From Bugula neritina (Eukaryota; Animalia; Bryozoa): a DNA stretch of 64,000 bases. The notes under the pieces are model-generated. The model was not told the origin of the DNA. It made no database searches and was given only the letters and a program-made list of their open reading frames with translations. A program made the position numbers and the translations under genes. Numbering within the stretch: the stretch's first letter is position 1; every line of letters starts with the position of its first letter. The stretch spans positions 12,080,722-12,144,721 of the forward strand of contig OZ037766.1 in the NCBI GenBank assembly GCA_964035545.1, in the 5' to 3' direction. Positions 1 through 14,174 of this stretch are shown here, one piece after another.

Positions 1-552
1 ACAAGTTGTGTATTAAAAAGAGACCTTGAGAATATGCACAAGTTACCAAACCTGTTGAAATAATCTTTCATATGTTTCTGTTTCATGCAAGTTTAGATTG
101 CTAGCACTGCCTGTAATGTTGCAACATTTATTCTTACTTTTAGAATGGATTGCAACCATGTTTTGAAACAATTACCAATGCAATATGCTTGTTTGATGGT
201 GAGTTGATAGATGAAAATGACTCAGTTGGAGTAGCTGGTAAAGGAAAGAAAAGTTTATAAGTCTAAAGTACTCTCAGATTCTTGAAATCAATTCATTTGA
301 TATTTTACTGGATTTTATTGTTGTAGCATCTTTATATATTTGCTTGTTTTGGGTTTTGAAATGGCCATAATACTTCTGTTCAAAACAAAATATTCATAAA
401 GGTTACTTTTCAAAAGTATGAGTTCATGTGGTGTGTGCATATAATATGTAGGCTAGTTTTAAATTCACTAAATTTTTTCATGAATTTTGAAATTTATCTT
501 CACCTTCAACTACAATGCAAATATCTTGGAGTTATCTGTCAATGAATTTTAA
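1..552 (+). pseudogene. Inverted partial duplicate of ODR4 exon 6 with flanking introns (continues beyond the window start)
   Basis: 1-552 is the reverse complement of ~4333-4942. The exon part (144-~253, NGLQPCFETITNAICLFDGELIDENDSVGVAGKGKKS) is almost identical. A ~90-bp deletion removes the exon 3' end and its donor site. Confidence 0.85.
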
Positions 553-1267
553 GCCTTTACAATTTACATGAATCAACTTATTTAGCAACTCTATTAACAC
601 AAATACTGTCTGTTGCAGCAATTTTTTAAAGAAACTAGTTTTAGGTGAATATTTCAATTCTTTCATTTATATATTTTTATATAGTGTTAAAACATAGAAA
701 TGTGGCTAAACACACACACTACGGATAACATATTTGAATATTTTTCTATGAAATTAGATTTAGGAAATTTGCCATCTCACTGTTTCTCAAATAAAACATT
801 AAGAATTATTGAGTTTTTACTTTTACTTTAAAACTAATGATTTTGCAACTACATCACAGATTTTTTGTTAGGGACTAGTGTTTTGGGTGTTGAAATACTG
901 CTGCAAGATTTTACATGAGTAAAATTTATTATTGTAGTTACAAATAAACATTTACTAAATTTAAATATCTTTTATTATTTTGCATTGAGTTATTAGAGTA
1001 GTGGAATAATAAAGAAATAACATTCAACAAGATGACATAATAAAAAACATCAAATATAAATAACAAATAAAATTAGATAGTTTTATTTATTTAGAAAATA
1101 GCAAACGAGCGGACTAATGCTGAGTTTGCTTATATTCTGTAACTGAACACCAGCAGATCTTTAGATTGCTTCCATAGAATGATCTGCACGTGAAGAAATA
1201 ATCTTTTTCGCTATCACTTTAAATAATATTTCAATAAAGTTGAGATCTAACCACTAACAGGATATGA

Positions 1268-4200
1268 CTATCCAAACCAGTCTTCCATGTTGAGGTACGT
1301 GATAGATACTGCTAGAGCTATTGCAGCACCAGAAGCTATAGCTACAAAATATTACAGACTAATAAGACCAGTAAGCCCCGCCTGCTACCATGTTAGCAAC
1401 TTGCAATCACACAAGCAATCACACAATCATACAGTATAAGGGAGTTACAGTATAATGTTTGGCAGGTATTAGAAATTAGCAGCAATAAATTTTTAAGTAC
1501 ATAAAGGAGGAACCCAAATTAGTGAAATAACTGAAAACACACAGGTGACATTTTCATTCACATAATTCTACTGGATACATTCCTGGAACTATCATATAGT
1601 TCAAACATTGAAATTAAAAAAAAAGATTGATCCAACATCTCAGCATAGATTTATACCGTCTTTAGAGGTCAGAAACCTATCATAATTCTAAGAATTCATC
1701 TGGTAAAATTATTTAAAGACACTGTTGAAGCTCTCACAATAAGGAGAAATTTGTGAACAGACGCAATGCATGAAATAATTTGGCTGATTTAGCCACGAAG
1801 AAAGTGCACACTATTAGACACCTGATGGCACTAAAAATAAAATAGCATCAACAAACAAATAGAACTAACTATAATGAACTTTTAGGTAGCACTTAAGTGA
1901 CGCGGTTAATCACAGAAGGATATACAATTTATGAACAACCATTGCATTTACAGGCACTTCCAAGTGACAACAAACTAGTTTTTCTATTTAAAATATAACT
2001 TATTAGCTTCCACATTGAAATGACTAGCAAACATGTATTACAGAATTGATGAAAGGTTTACTATACGAAAGACAAATAATATTCACTCAAACACTTACGA
2101 GCAAATCTACCGATATTTGCCATGAGAGTAGAAGAGGAGTCTGTATGAGTGGTGCTCGGTTCCACTTCTTTGCTTTGCTGATGGTTCTCAATGTCCTTCA
2201 ACTCTAAAATTTATACGAATATTGATTTTTCCAAAGAAAAGGGGGATTATTTTAAAAATCATCAAAATTAGGTTTGAAAGTTTTTATAGAGCATAAAATG
2301 TAGTTCATGACTTTTGAGATTAGTGACTGATGGGTAAAACAAACTCGAATTAGTAAATACTATTGCCTACACAAAAGCAATTAAGGGCTAAAGCAAGAAA
2401 ATCATTGACTGCCAAAAAACCCCCATCACATTTATTCTCTCGTACCCTACATCTGAAGTTGAAGATATAGTTCTACACTTACTTGCACTGTGTTCTACAC
2501 TAGTGTCAATAGAATTACTATCTATATGAGATATCCCAAGCAGTTGCTGAGCTCTTTCAGCACAGTCTTCTGTCCGTTCGTCTTTAAACATGTAGTCATT
2601 AAATGTCACCGGCAAGGACTCATGAGGAATATACACCCGGGGAGGTAACTCATATATCAGCTAAAAGAGTTCACAACAGTTAGATAAACTAGCTCACATA
2701 TGAACAATTATGAGGCAGTTGTAGTCTAGCGGTTAGACTTTAGAGCATTTGCCTAGTCATGGGTTTGAACCCTGACAAAGGCTACGGTATTGATGACGTT
2801 AGAAAGAGCATACAGTCATAATTGCTCCTGTGCCCCATCTGAATAAGTCCTTAGCCCGATTTAAAAAACCCTTCTATCAGGGGTTTTCTCACAGGGATGG
2901 CGACTATAAACTTGCGTGAGTTTTTTTATATATGAACAATTATATTTCTTTACAAGCTATAGCTCATTTATGTACAATGAAGTAAGCTTTGCACTGAACA
3001 AGAGTAGTAAGCAAATCAAAACTGTTACCCTCTTCCGCAAAGCACAAGAGGAAAAAGTTAATTTCAACTGTTGCATCCAAAGTTATTCTTTAATAAAATA
3101 TGACTACGTCTTATCAAAAAGTAAGATTTATCACTTTTACATCAAAACTGCTTGTTTATTTTACCATTCAAATTAATTCAAATAATTTTCAGCACAGCAT
3201 ACGACTCATCCCAGCAAAGCAAGCAGTTTTCTGCAATCAACATCTATCCACTTCAGAGTAATAGAAATACGGTATACCTGGTCATCAGATGCATGCTTCT
3301 CACTGCCTACTTGCAGAATATCCTCACACAACAGTTGACAGCGCAGATGAAGGGACTTCTTCAGATCTGATTTAACAGCCTACACAATAAGCAGACAGCA
3401 TAGTGAGTACTAGGCCAGCAGTAAATAAGTATCGCTGATGAGCTCAAAACATCTACATCTTTTGGTAACAGTAGTGGAGGTTTAAATCTCACTTAGCAAC
3501 ACAAACTGATTATCTATAAAAAGCAACCAACTACACATTCTCATTTCAATTTTTAAAATACTAACAAAATATTCCTTATAAAAATGCCTATACACACAAC
3601 CATTGAATGTAACTGCATCAATCTTTGACTTGCACAGTTGAATTTACTACACATTGCTGGAGCTTTAAAATATTGGAACTCAGTGGTTATGCAATCAAGC
3701 TGGATTAGGTTGTAGTCTGCTTTTACTGTAGAAGACTAAATAATATAACCAGGTGTAGAGCCAATGAAGGCGGCTCCACTTGGAGAACACCCAGACTGTA
3801 GCACTTCATGTTGCCTTAATATACAACAATACTTTAATCACTCACCAAGAGTGGTAAAGTACTGATGTAATTACACTACTCTGCACATATTACATAATGC
3901 AGGATAAGATACCTGAGATATATCCCCGGCTACAGCAGGAGCCCTAGAAAAAGCTATAGCAGAAATGGTTCCTTTGATTCGAACATATGACATCGTTTCA
4001 CTGCAAGAGCTGCCAGCAGATCCTTCAAACTAAAATATAATGTAAAGTGTTAACATCCTTGAACCAGCCTGATGTATTACAGTGGTATTGTAAATATGAA
4101 AGGTTATTCACATGAAATATAAACAAAAATAAATAACAGAAGTGGGTGGATTTCTTGCAGATCAAGCTATTTTTGTTGTAGTATAATATTACTTTTACTA

Positions 4201-6928
4201 TTTTTACTACAATAAATGTATGCACATATTTATATCTTATATCCACCTAAATGTTATTTAAAATATTGCTGTCAGATAGTATTCAGATAAAAAAGTTAGT
4301 AGAGTAGCTAAACAAGTGATTCACTTTACGTATTAAAATTCATTGACAGACAACTCCAAAATACATGCGTAGCAGTCAATTTTAAAATTCTAGTGAAATT
4401 AAAACTTTCATAGTTTATATTATATTATACACGCACACACCCTTATAATATACATAAAAATGTATGAATATTTTGTTTTGAACAGAAGTTTTATGGCCAT
4501 TTCAAAACCCAAAACAAGCAAAATATGTTCCAACAATAAAATCTAGTAAAATATCAAATGAGTTGATTTCAAAAACTTGAGAGTACTCTAGACTTATAAA
4601 CTTTATTAACTATGCTGTAAAGCCAGTCAACTATACCTTCCCCAACAGCTGAAGGGTAACACGTGAAGGTGGTAGACTGTGTTGTGAGCTTTTCTTTCCT
4701 TTACCAGCTACTCCAACTGAGTCATTTTCATCTATCAACTCACCATCAAACAAGCATATTGCATTGGTAATTGTTTCAAAGCATGGTTGCAATCCATTCT
4801 AGAAATAAGAATAAAATGTTGCAACATTACAGGCAGTGCTAGCAATCTAAACTTGAATGAAACAGAAACATATGAAAGATTATTCCAACAGGTTTGGTAA
4901 CTTGTGCATATTCTCAAGGTCTCTTTTCAATACACAACTTGTTAACTTAACAAATAAAATAAAAGATAGACCATTATTTTACAGAGGAGCAGATTGGTAA
5001 ATTAAAGCACTGTTGTGATGAATTAGTTCTTGACTTACCATTAACTGCTGCTCAAAGTGTTGGTTCTGCTGGTCTCTATTAAGATATATACTTTCATTTA
5101 TGGACAAACTAGTATCTGCAATTACCCAGCCAGTATTTAATGACTGAACTTTGACATCTGAAGGACTTAGTGAGCTCTACAATAATTTACAACACTGTGT
5201 GAACCTTTTCAGATTGAGGGCCACTGAAAGGAAATATTCCATGGCAAGGGCTACATTGTAAACTTGAGCTCATTCTGGGGGCCACAGCATCAGCTTTGTT
5301 CAAATTCCTTTATTCCAAATTCTCATGAATTATTACACAAAGTCCCAATCACTACTGCAGGCTGCATGTTTTGTAGCATATGTGTATAAATAAGACATTT
5401 AAAAGGTAGCTGTTCACTCTAAAATTCATGTGAAGAATAATATTAGTTTTACGCCTTTGAGGGCCTCATAAATGTAGGCTGGGGGCCACACCCGACCCTG
5501 GGGCCACCTGTTGGACAGCCATGGTGCAAACATAAATGACATTTCAACAGCCAAGGACTCTACACATTCACATCATTAGATATAAACAATCCACACTGTT
5601 TAAATTCAGGTTTATAGCTGCCTGCCTGATACTAAATTAAACTAACTGGCATCATTAAAATATAAAAACCAAGTTATAATAATAATTTAGCAAATTAAAT
5701 AGTTAACAAAACTGCAGAATAGAGGAATAAAATTTCAACAAAGAAGCTTTTTTTGTTCAAAATAAACAAATTAAAGAAACTTCCCAAACCCATTCACAAT
5801 ACCTTATAATCAGCAACATACAAAGTCCGACTTGACATCCTACAACATAAACAGCATATAAAACACATTAAATGGCGATGTGTTAGGCTAGTTTCTTAAG
5901 AAGGGTTAATAATTCTAAGCGAGAACCAACACACATCTAGCATAATACCACTTAACCGCAGCGTATTGTACATTGCAAATTAATTCCTTTATACAAAACA
6001 GTTGAATACATTGATTATATACAACTTTTAGCCAAAAAAAAAACTTTAATAAGTTATATAAGCAAGACCATGCTTACTTTTTAGTTAAACTATCTACGAG
6101 CACCAACTGCCAGGTGGTTGCCTGGGTAATGTATGTATCAGCTAAACACGCTTTCTTGTAGGTGGCCAACATTATTTGCTGTAAGTGAGTGTAGGACGAA
6201 GGTAAATCTGGTCCAGTAGCGGCCACACCACATATACACAGGCCTCCGGGCAACATTCTTTGAAGCTGTAGCATCATAAACATAGAAGTTCTATCAGATT
6301 TAATAGAACATTGTTGAACTATTGAACATTAATGTAATCTAATTACATATGTTAAAATTGAAGATGAAATGTGTTTATACCGAAACATCAATGCAGTGCT
6401 GAAATAAAAAGGTGTAAAAGTTAGAATTGCCACAGCTCTGTAGACTGATTGATTGCAAGTTGTTGGGCATAGTTCATTGATAGCACTTGTTAGTTGCTAT
6501 ATAATCAATCCTTATGAATGCAAATGCTTTACATCAAGTAATAAATCCTAGTCACTAACCTCAGCAGCATGACTGGTAACAAAGATATCAGAGATAGCAG
6601 ACAGTCCTTTAGATTTTTCGGCATTGTCAATAGGAGTATTGGCAATATGAACGATATAATCTTTCTGTTCACCCACCTAAATAATAAATTAGACGAAGTA
6701 CAAAAACAGAAAAACGAATTTCCAACATTAATAAATAACTTTCACTTTTCACTTTCAGTAATAACTTCTAAGGTATTTGTTCAAAAGATCTTAAAGATAA
6801 AAACGCCATTGTTTAATCATTTTTTAAGTACTTACGTATCCTATAAGCAGCCCTATACTCCATGAATCAAGAGATGCGTGAAGTAGAAGATTTTCTACTG
6901 TTTTGTCAAGAATAGCTGATCTTCCCAT
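1268..6928 (-). CDS. ODR4: Protein odr-4 homolog (GPCR maturation factor), 11 coding exons
   Basis: Phase-consistent GT-AG exons: 6928-6836, 6676-6560, 6265-6078, 5839-5803, 5176-5039, 4798-4637, 4029-3913, 3379-3278, 2660-2483, 2203-2099 (or 2111), 1341-1268. The protein MGRSAIL..GLLIGY..QKDYIV..RMLPGGL..AVKSDL..LPPRVYIP..FNDYMFKDE with a C-terminal TM helix is colinear with the recalled ODR4 sequence. Confidence 0.9.
2712..2927 (+). mobile_element. tRNA-derived SINE (ODR4 intron)
   Basis: A-box-like GTAGTCTAGCGG and B-box-like GGTTTGAACCC; body and CTATAAACTTGCGTGAG tail shared with the copies at 41637 and 56519. Confidence 0.75.
5202..5524 (+). mobile_element. 5'-truncated hAT-type MITE
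   Basis: Colinear with the MITE at 31236-31579; retains the right terminal inverted repeat (TIR)-like GTTGGACAGCCATG. Confidence 0.75.
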
Positions 6929-8157
6929 GTTATTGCTTTGTTAGCATTGATGTGTGAGTAACTTCCTACTACAGAACAAATTCAAAAGTATGCAATGCTA
7001 CCCTATAATTGTTGAAGCTTCAGCGTTGAAATTTAAACATGCACAGGCCCATTAATTTAGTTCTATCACAAAATAAAAAATTAAAGTTTGAAATAAATCC
7101 TTAAGCAATGTGCACAGCCATTTCCTAGCATTTGTTTAAAAACAAATAAAACAACCTGCTGATATGAATTTACTTATTAAGTTTCATGCAGTTATAGAGT
7201 TAATGCTATAGCAATAACAGACCTACAGCTACAGCTAGTGGCCACTGTAGAATTAGAACATAAATGCAATTGTTACAATACCAAAAGTGGTGCACACTAA
7301 TAGTGATTCACTCCGAGTTTGATACACTTCATGTACGCTGTACATATAGTGATGGTTTGAGTTATAGTGGCTGATACTGATGGTCATACTCACAGTGATA
7401 CTGATAGTGAGTATACTAATACTGCATAGCCCGTGCTAATAGTAATAGTATACTTAAGGTTTATAGTCATAGTGAATGTGACATTCAATTTCTTAGTGAT
7501 AGTGGCCATCACTCAGTGCCCAGTGGCTTACTTAGTCAGTCACACTCACTGTGACAGACTGACAGTGACACTGAAAGTCACTCACACTGAATTATATTTA
7601 TAACTATATAATAATAACATTCAATATTCATAAAATAATTTATATTATCAATATTAATATTATAATTATTCATATTCATATTGTTATTGATATTCCTATT
7701 CAGTGATATTGTCAATCACAATGAGTATGACTATCACTATGACAATCATCATCAGTATGAGTATCACAATGTGAATGTCATTAATTTAGTATATTTTTTT
7801 TAATTACAGCAACAATCAATATCACTACTGATACATTAAGGCGCAAAGTTAGGTTTATAACAATTACTAAACTTAATTTGCAGGGCTGAAATTAGGTGTA
7901 ACGTAACTGATAACAAAAATGAACAATTATAATTATAATAACATTGCGAATGGAGCTGAACAAACGGCCACGTAGTTTCGCTATTGCGTTCGCACAAGTG
8001 TTGCACTTGACTTAGCTAGAGATTATCCCCACACATGTTCTGAGGAAGGGAGTGTGGGCATAAATGTGCTATATTTCGTATATCATACTCCAAATCTCCT
8101 TTGACAATACAACCAAGTACTTTTTCCATCACAGCGTGATATATTCCTGTCAAATCG

Positions 8158-8297
8158 TTTTATAAGCAGCTGCGAGTTGGGGGTAACTGATGCAGTAGTT
8201 CGGAATTTTCGAGTTCCAAGTTTCAATTCACACCCCCCAACCCGAGACTCTTCAACTACTGCACTCAGTCACCCTTAACTTGGAGCTGCTTATAAAA
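8158..8297. repeat. Imperfect inverted repeat (foldback or MITE relic)
   Basis: TTTATAAGCAGCT..TGCAGTAGTT is mirrored by AACTACTGCA..AGCTGCTTATAAA. Confidence 0.6.
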
Positions 8298-9140
8298 CAA
8301 CTAGTTACGCGGGACAATTACTTCAAGGAGTAAAATGTCAAGAGCAGATAACTTCATTGGTAGGGTGAAATTGGGAACCCACAGCCTTCTTTCAACTTTA
8401 CAACCTGCAACTTCCTATTCTTATTCCAATATGCAACAAACTTCTCTAACGAATAAATAAATTCTTGCGGTGTAGATAAATGCAAAAGCTGTCAGGTTTC
8501 AAAAGTGTGAAGTAGTTAGAGAAGATCTTAGAGCATGGCTGATGGCTGACAACTGTAAACCTTGCAGAATAATTTTAGTAAGATTTATGCTGGCAACATT
8601 TCTTAACAAACTTAAATATGAAGTTGTGTTATACTGGTAGTATTGGCTAACATGCTCTTCAGCATAAACTTCCACAGCTGCATTTGTTTCAATAATCCCA
8701 ACCTTTCATGAAACTATTTGCTGATTTACAAGGAATCATTTTGCTAATGAGAACGAAAATATTCAAGAGGGGTGAACAAAATAACACAGAGCACATACTA
8801 TGCAATAATTTTACATCATATATAAATATAATGCATCTGCGCATGTGTGTGTGTGCGCGCATGTGCGTGTTGTTCAAAATTGTTGTCATATATTTGCCAA
8901 TATTAAAGTACATAACATCTTTTAAATTTACAATTGATTACCTAGTTACCTAATATCTTTTTACCATTTACAACAAAAATCAGATGGAAATTATTGAAAA
9001 AAAATGTTTAAATATTTTATTAGAAAACATATTCTTTATAGTCTAAAATATAATTCAACTATAGTTTACAATTATATAGCATTTGTGATGTCGAAGTAAC
9101 TAAAATTAGATGCAAACCTTTAAAGTTACATGTTAACTAA

Positions 9141-12100
9141 TTACTTAGTCAATTGATCTGATGAAGTGACATATTTATAATCAGGGTGATCAAATGCTCT
9201 ACTTTTCCTGATAAACCCGGAAGGGTTAGGATTACCCAGTTGTGTGTCACTCTGGCTTACATAAACTTTTTTAGTTCTATCACCGGCAATCTTGTCAACA
9301 CAGCTTGAAGTTGCTGGACTGTTGGAGAGTATTTCTTCATTGTTAACAGACTGAAAATTTACAAATAATAATCCATGAGGCAGAACCAATTTTTTACGGA
9401 TTCTTCTTATGCTAGTTTTACAACTAGTTTTAGCAAACCATGTAATAGCAATATGCTGAATACCATACCTTTTTCAATAAAAACACACATGCAATATTTT
9501 AATTTTAGAACCGTAAAAAGGTAATTCAAACAAAATATATTTTTGCTCAATAAATTTGGCTCTTACTATTTAGTGTAAAGCTATTTGACATTAAAGCAAT
9601 GTAAAATCATCTGAAACTCAATTATTGTAGTAAACTAACTAATCTTGTCGCTGTAGAACTCAGTGCCTCTTCCCTCGCATCCAATTCTGCCATCTTAGCC
9701 TCATGTTTTCGCTCTGATAGGACTTGATGTCTCACTGCTTCTCTCATAGCAATCCTTCTTCGTTCACCTTTAGTAGTAGCAGGTTGTGAGGTGCCAGCAG
9801 TTTCTACAATATTAAAATAATCTGACGTGACAGTAGATTCCTTAAACTTAGATCTTCTAAAATACAGTCTATGTTTCTGAAATAAAAGATGAAACAGATA
9901 AGATGAAAGGCGGCGCAACTACGTGTCATTTTGCTGACATAAGCTCAATGTTAACTAAAAAGCTTGATGGGAAAATTAAAATCAGACACACACGCACGCA
10001 CGCACGCACACACACACACCACAAAATGACATGGAAAATAACATTATAAGAGAAACTGGCAGACATATATGTGAATATTATAGACTAATATATCAAAAAT
10101 ATGAACAACAGTATGAAAATTATAATTCTAAGTATTTAAAAAGTTTAAATATCTAATAACTACATTTTGTTAGAGTTTAGATCTTTTTATACCTGCAGAA
10201 TGTTTAAACGCAGAGAACTAATTTCTGCTTCATAAGATGTTCCCGTATACTAATTTTATTGTGTTTGAAGATTAACTGACCTGCATATGCCCCTGGAGCA
10301 AGTGGATACAAATCATCTTCATACTTTCCTGAATCTAGCCACCGCTCATGTTTCTTCAGCTACGAACAGTAGAACAATTAAAAAGAAGACCAGAATAATT
10401 TGTCTTCAAAATATAAGAAACATAAAGAGAGCCCATTTATTTATAATACGCAGTACAAACAATTTTAAAGGTAAATAAAGCGCCACTAAAATATGTATAA
10501 TAAAAATATAACAACAGTTGGACATGTATATATTAACACTTATTTTGAAAAAAATACCAGCATACTAAAAGTTTAATTGTCTCCCCATCATTATAAGGTA
10601 CAGGGGACAATCTGTTAACCAGGCTCACACTCTGCCACCTCTCAGTCTCATACCAGTCTTGTAGCTGCTTCTGAAATCCCAAGTTAGGATTGGCAATAGG
10701 TCTGGTTGCTACAAAAATACCAATTGAAAGCAATTTACAAATTACTTCAAATTTTTAAAACTAATAGTAAGGAAAAAGATGCCGAATATATGTAAGTTGC
10801 CAAAGCATAGTAAAATAAGTACTATAAAACTAGTAAGCATGACCAGAGATCTGACAGCAAATAGAAAAAAATAAAAGGAAGCATTGAATAGAATTCTGAA
10901 AATGGCGACAGTGATTTTAGTGTTGAATCACTGCACATTTAATTTTCCAAACATTAGAACTTGGCAAATGCATTTCAAAATTACTCAGTAAGTTCATGAG
11001 ATATAAACCTAAAGTTTACAGATAAATAATGAGAAATTACACTTTCATATTTTTAAAATTTTAAAATATTGATTTTATTGAATGATGCAACACATTCTGC
11101 TGGCTAAATATAAGCAAAATAAAGTAATTAAGAGTTTAAGTTATAAAAGTAAATTACAAAGAAAACAACATTTTCTAGTTGAAGGTAAATTCATTGGCAT
11201 AGCTTAACCATCAAATTCTTATTGAAATTTTGCTAGAATAAAAAATCACATTTAGGAATAAATAAAGGTTTTACTAAAAGCATTATAAAATACATTTATA
11301 AGATCTGTCAAAATTTATTGACAATGTATTAACTAATGATTTGTATAATGATTTGTAGTAATCTGAAGCTGGTTCAAACATGGTTACTAAAGTATAGGTG
11401 AATATATATGTTGAAATAAACAAACAATAAAATATGACGACTACAAACTAATGATATACCATGATAGAAACACAAGTTTTGAAATAAGAATTATTTGGGG
11501 AAAGCGTTTATCAAAATTTACATGGAATAAATAAAGATTCAGATAAAATTGTGCAGCTATCTCAAAATACTATTTCCAAGAGAAAAACAAACATATTATT
11601 ATGATTAGCATTCTCACCTCGAACACACGAGATTGCTTGCCTCCAGTTCAGATCTGATATAGCTAATAGATAAGAAGCAGTAACAGTAACACTTCTTGAA
11701 ATCCCCGCTACACAATGTACTAACACAACACCTATACACACAAAAAACTGGCTTCACTATACAATGATCAGCATGAGTGTCAATTAAAAAAGAAACATCA
11801 AACTGGTTTCCAATGCATCAATCTCAGTTGACCAGAGAAATATGTTCAACGTATGATTTTGTTAAAGCGATCAATAAGTCATACTGCTTTTGCAGTGTAA
11901 ATGCAGAATAAAGTTGCTTGAAAAGAGATGATCGCATTAATGCAAGCACACCCATAAAATATACCTTTTTCAGCTCGGGCTTGGTGTATGAACTCTATAC
12001 ACTGATTAAAATGACAAGAAATATTTTCTGTAGATTTGTCTTCAATGTTGATAACCAGACGCCTAAACACAAAAAGGGAGAACACTATACAGTACATTTT

Positions 12101-13274
12101 TAGTGTTTTAAACAAAGATAGGAGTTGTCAACTCTTGATTAGTTTTAGCAGCTAGTTATAAAATAAATTTTATCAGCAAAAATTAATAGATTGGAGAAGA
12201 ATGAGTTACATGACTGCTAATTTTGAGAGTATGATTAAATTGCCAATTGAAGGAAAAAATGGTTAAAACGACTTGAGAGATTTAAAAAATAAAAAGCAGC
12301 ATTTTGCTAAAGTTGAAAAATTTATGTAGATCATGTCTTTATGTAATGTTGTAATACTATTTCACAATTTGTGCTACACCTGCTGAAGTTAGGACAGTTC
12401 CTGTTATGCGTTTGTCTTCGTATGTTGGTTATTATAAAGTATAGAGAAAACTATTTAACAACAAATAAAAAACTAGAATTTTCTCCACAAAACATAAAAC
12501 ACTGATAAGGTTGATGTAGATAAATACTTTAATCTAGGTGCATGTGTAGGAGTGGAGAGATTACAAGCAGAGAGAACGTGTGTAATTTCGTTTTCTTCAA
12601 GCTGATTATTGTCAGTGCTGTCTGCAAAGCTGCCAACATAAAGTCCAGGTAAGACCTAAACATAAAGATATAGTTTTCATATAAACCTATTGTAAAGTTA
12701 TGAAAATATAAAATAATTTATGGAGAGCTCTGTACTAATTTCTTCAATAACTTTTTGGTATACCTAATTAGCTTTAAATAGCTACAATAGCTAATGCCAT
12801 AAACCTCTAAAAATATGTCAATTTGGTATTATTAATTTTAAAAACTATACAGAAATAGGAATATAAAATCATGCTTTTTTAGTGAAATCCCATGTTACAT
12901 AGCAGGTAAACATAAATTATGTTTAGCATAATAACCACAAAAAACATGGCAATGGCTAAAATCATACTTAGTTTAGGCTTTAAAAAAGTCATCAGTAATT
13001 TTAATTGCAAAATGCAAGCGATTATGTAATTTATATTTTATATTGAGAGATTATATGCATCAATACTGAATAATTCACTTTATTTCAAAAACAATTAGTT
13101 TGAATTGCTTTGATTTAACTAGGTAAAAATACTTTTTTATATATATGAACATTGAAAAAAATGAATAGCTGAAACGGTACAGCAAGAGTTCATAAATTCC
13201 TCATTAAATCAGTACTAACTGGCTCTTCTCAATTTACCAACTTGGCTACTTACTTTGCTCATTCCCTTTCCCAT
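9141..13274 (-). CDS. DUSP22: Atypical dual-specificity phosphatase, DUSP22/DUSP15-like, 8 coding exons
   Basis: Exons 13274-13254 (MGKGMSK), 12655-12528 (VLPGLYVGS), 12062-11965, 11731-11618 (VLVHCVAGISRS, the HCX5R motif), 10708-10566 (ANPNLGFQKQL), 10359-10281, 9803-9640, 9350-9141. The MG N-terminus is typical of DUSP22/15. The last three exons are less certain. Confidence 0.85.
9986..10023. repeat. (CA)n/(CACG)n microsatellite
   Basis: Read directly from the sequence. Confidence 0.9.
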
Positions 13275-13389
13275 GTTGAGCTCACTTCCAAAACCTCATA
13301 TTTAGGAAGACAAATATAAATGCCTTCTAAAAGATCCTAGAATAACGGCCCCAATTTTTTGCATGAAGCCTCTACAACCAATCACATAT

Positions 13390-14105
13390 TGTGGTAAAAT
13401 TGTGTATAGTATAACTAAGGCTGTATTTCCCTTATTCTTATTAACTTCATTCCCATGGAATGCGTGTTTTCCTAGATATACATCATTACATAGCTATAGT
13501 ATTGTAACAGCTAAGTGTTAGTTGGCAATGATAGGATTAGCTATTATTCCCAGCTACTTATTACTACTGACGTGACTGGATTAGCTATTGTTTCTGACGG
13601 CTCACAGGAACACTTATATAATCAAGATAACCGGGATTTCCCTGCGAAGTTCGCTCGATTCGAGCGATTCCTTTATTCTAGCCCTGCGAATCCCTGCGAT
13701 TCAAGCGAATTCCCTCGAATTCGCTCGGAACATTCTAGTGGAAATGTTTCCCAACGTATAAAAGGAGGCCCTCAACACAGTAGAGTCAGTCTTCAGCCAG
13801 CAGCACAACAGGACACATCTCGGAGCTACCAAGCCAGGACAATAACACACTTAGTTAATTATCTTATACTTTGTTTACCAATTTACTAGTAAGTTTTCCA
13901 TACATGTAAGGAGTTGTCCTCCCTAACTGCTATTTTTGGATTTATATATATTATGGAGTAAATAAAGGGGATTGTGAGTATTACATTTCTTATTTATTGT
14001 GCATAAATACCCTCCTACAAAAAGTCATTGTGTTCAATCAGCTAACAACCCACACCAATAATTGCATGCAGCGAATCATAACATTCTACGCATAAAATTA
14101 TTACA
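13390..14105 (+). repeat. 5' LTR, 716 bp
   Basis: Direct repeat of 21315-22030 with three substitutions seen; TATAAAA at ~13758 and AATAAA at ~13961. Confidence 0.97.
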
Positions 14106-14106
14106 C

Positions 14107-14124
14107 TGGTGGCAGCAGTGGGAT
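14107..14124 (+). other. Primer-binding site, tRNA-Leu type
   Basis: TGGTGGCAGCAGTGGGAT, 1 nt after the LTR, is complementary to a tRNA-Leu-like 3' end (ATCCCACYGCTGCCA-CCA). Confidence 0.85.
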
Positions 14125-14174
14125 AATCGTCTGGTACGGACTAAGCTGATGCTCCCCTACGGGGAGAGACAACA

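Noticed and set aside
13515-13889. Identical 124-aa ORFs at 13515 and 21440
   Set aside because: They lie within the two LTRs, start at GTG and show no recognisable motif; the duplication simply reflects the LTRs.
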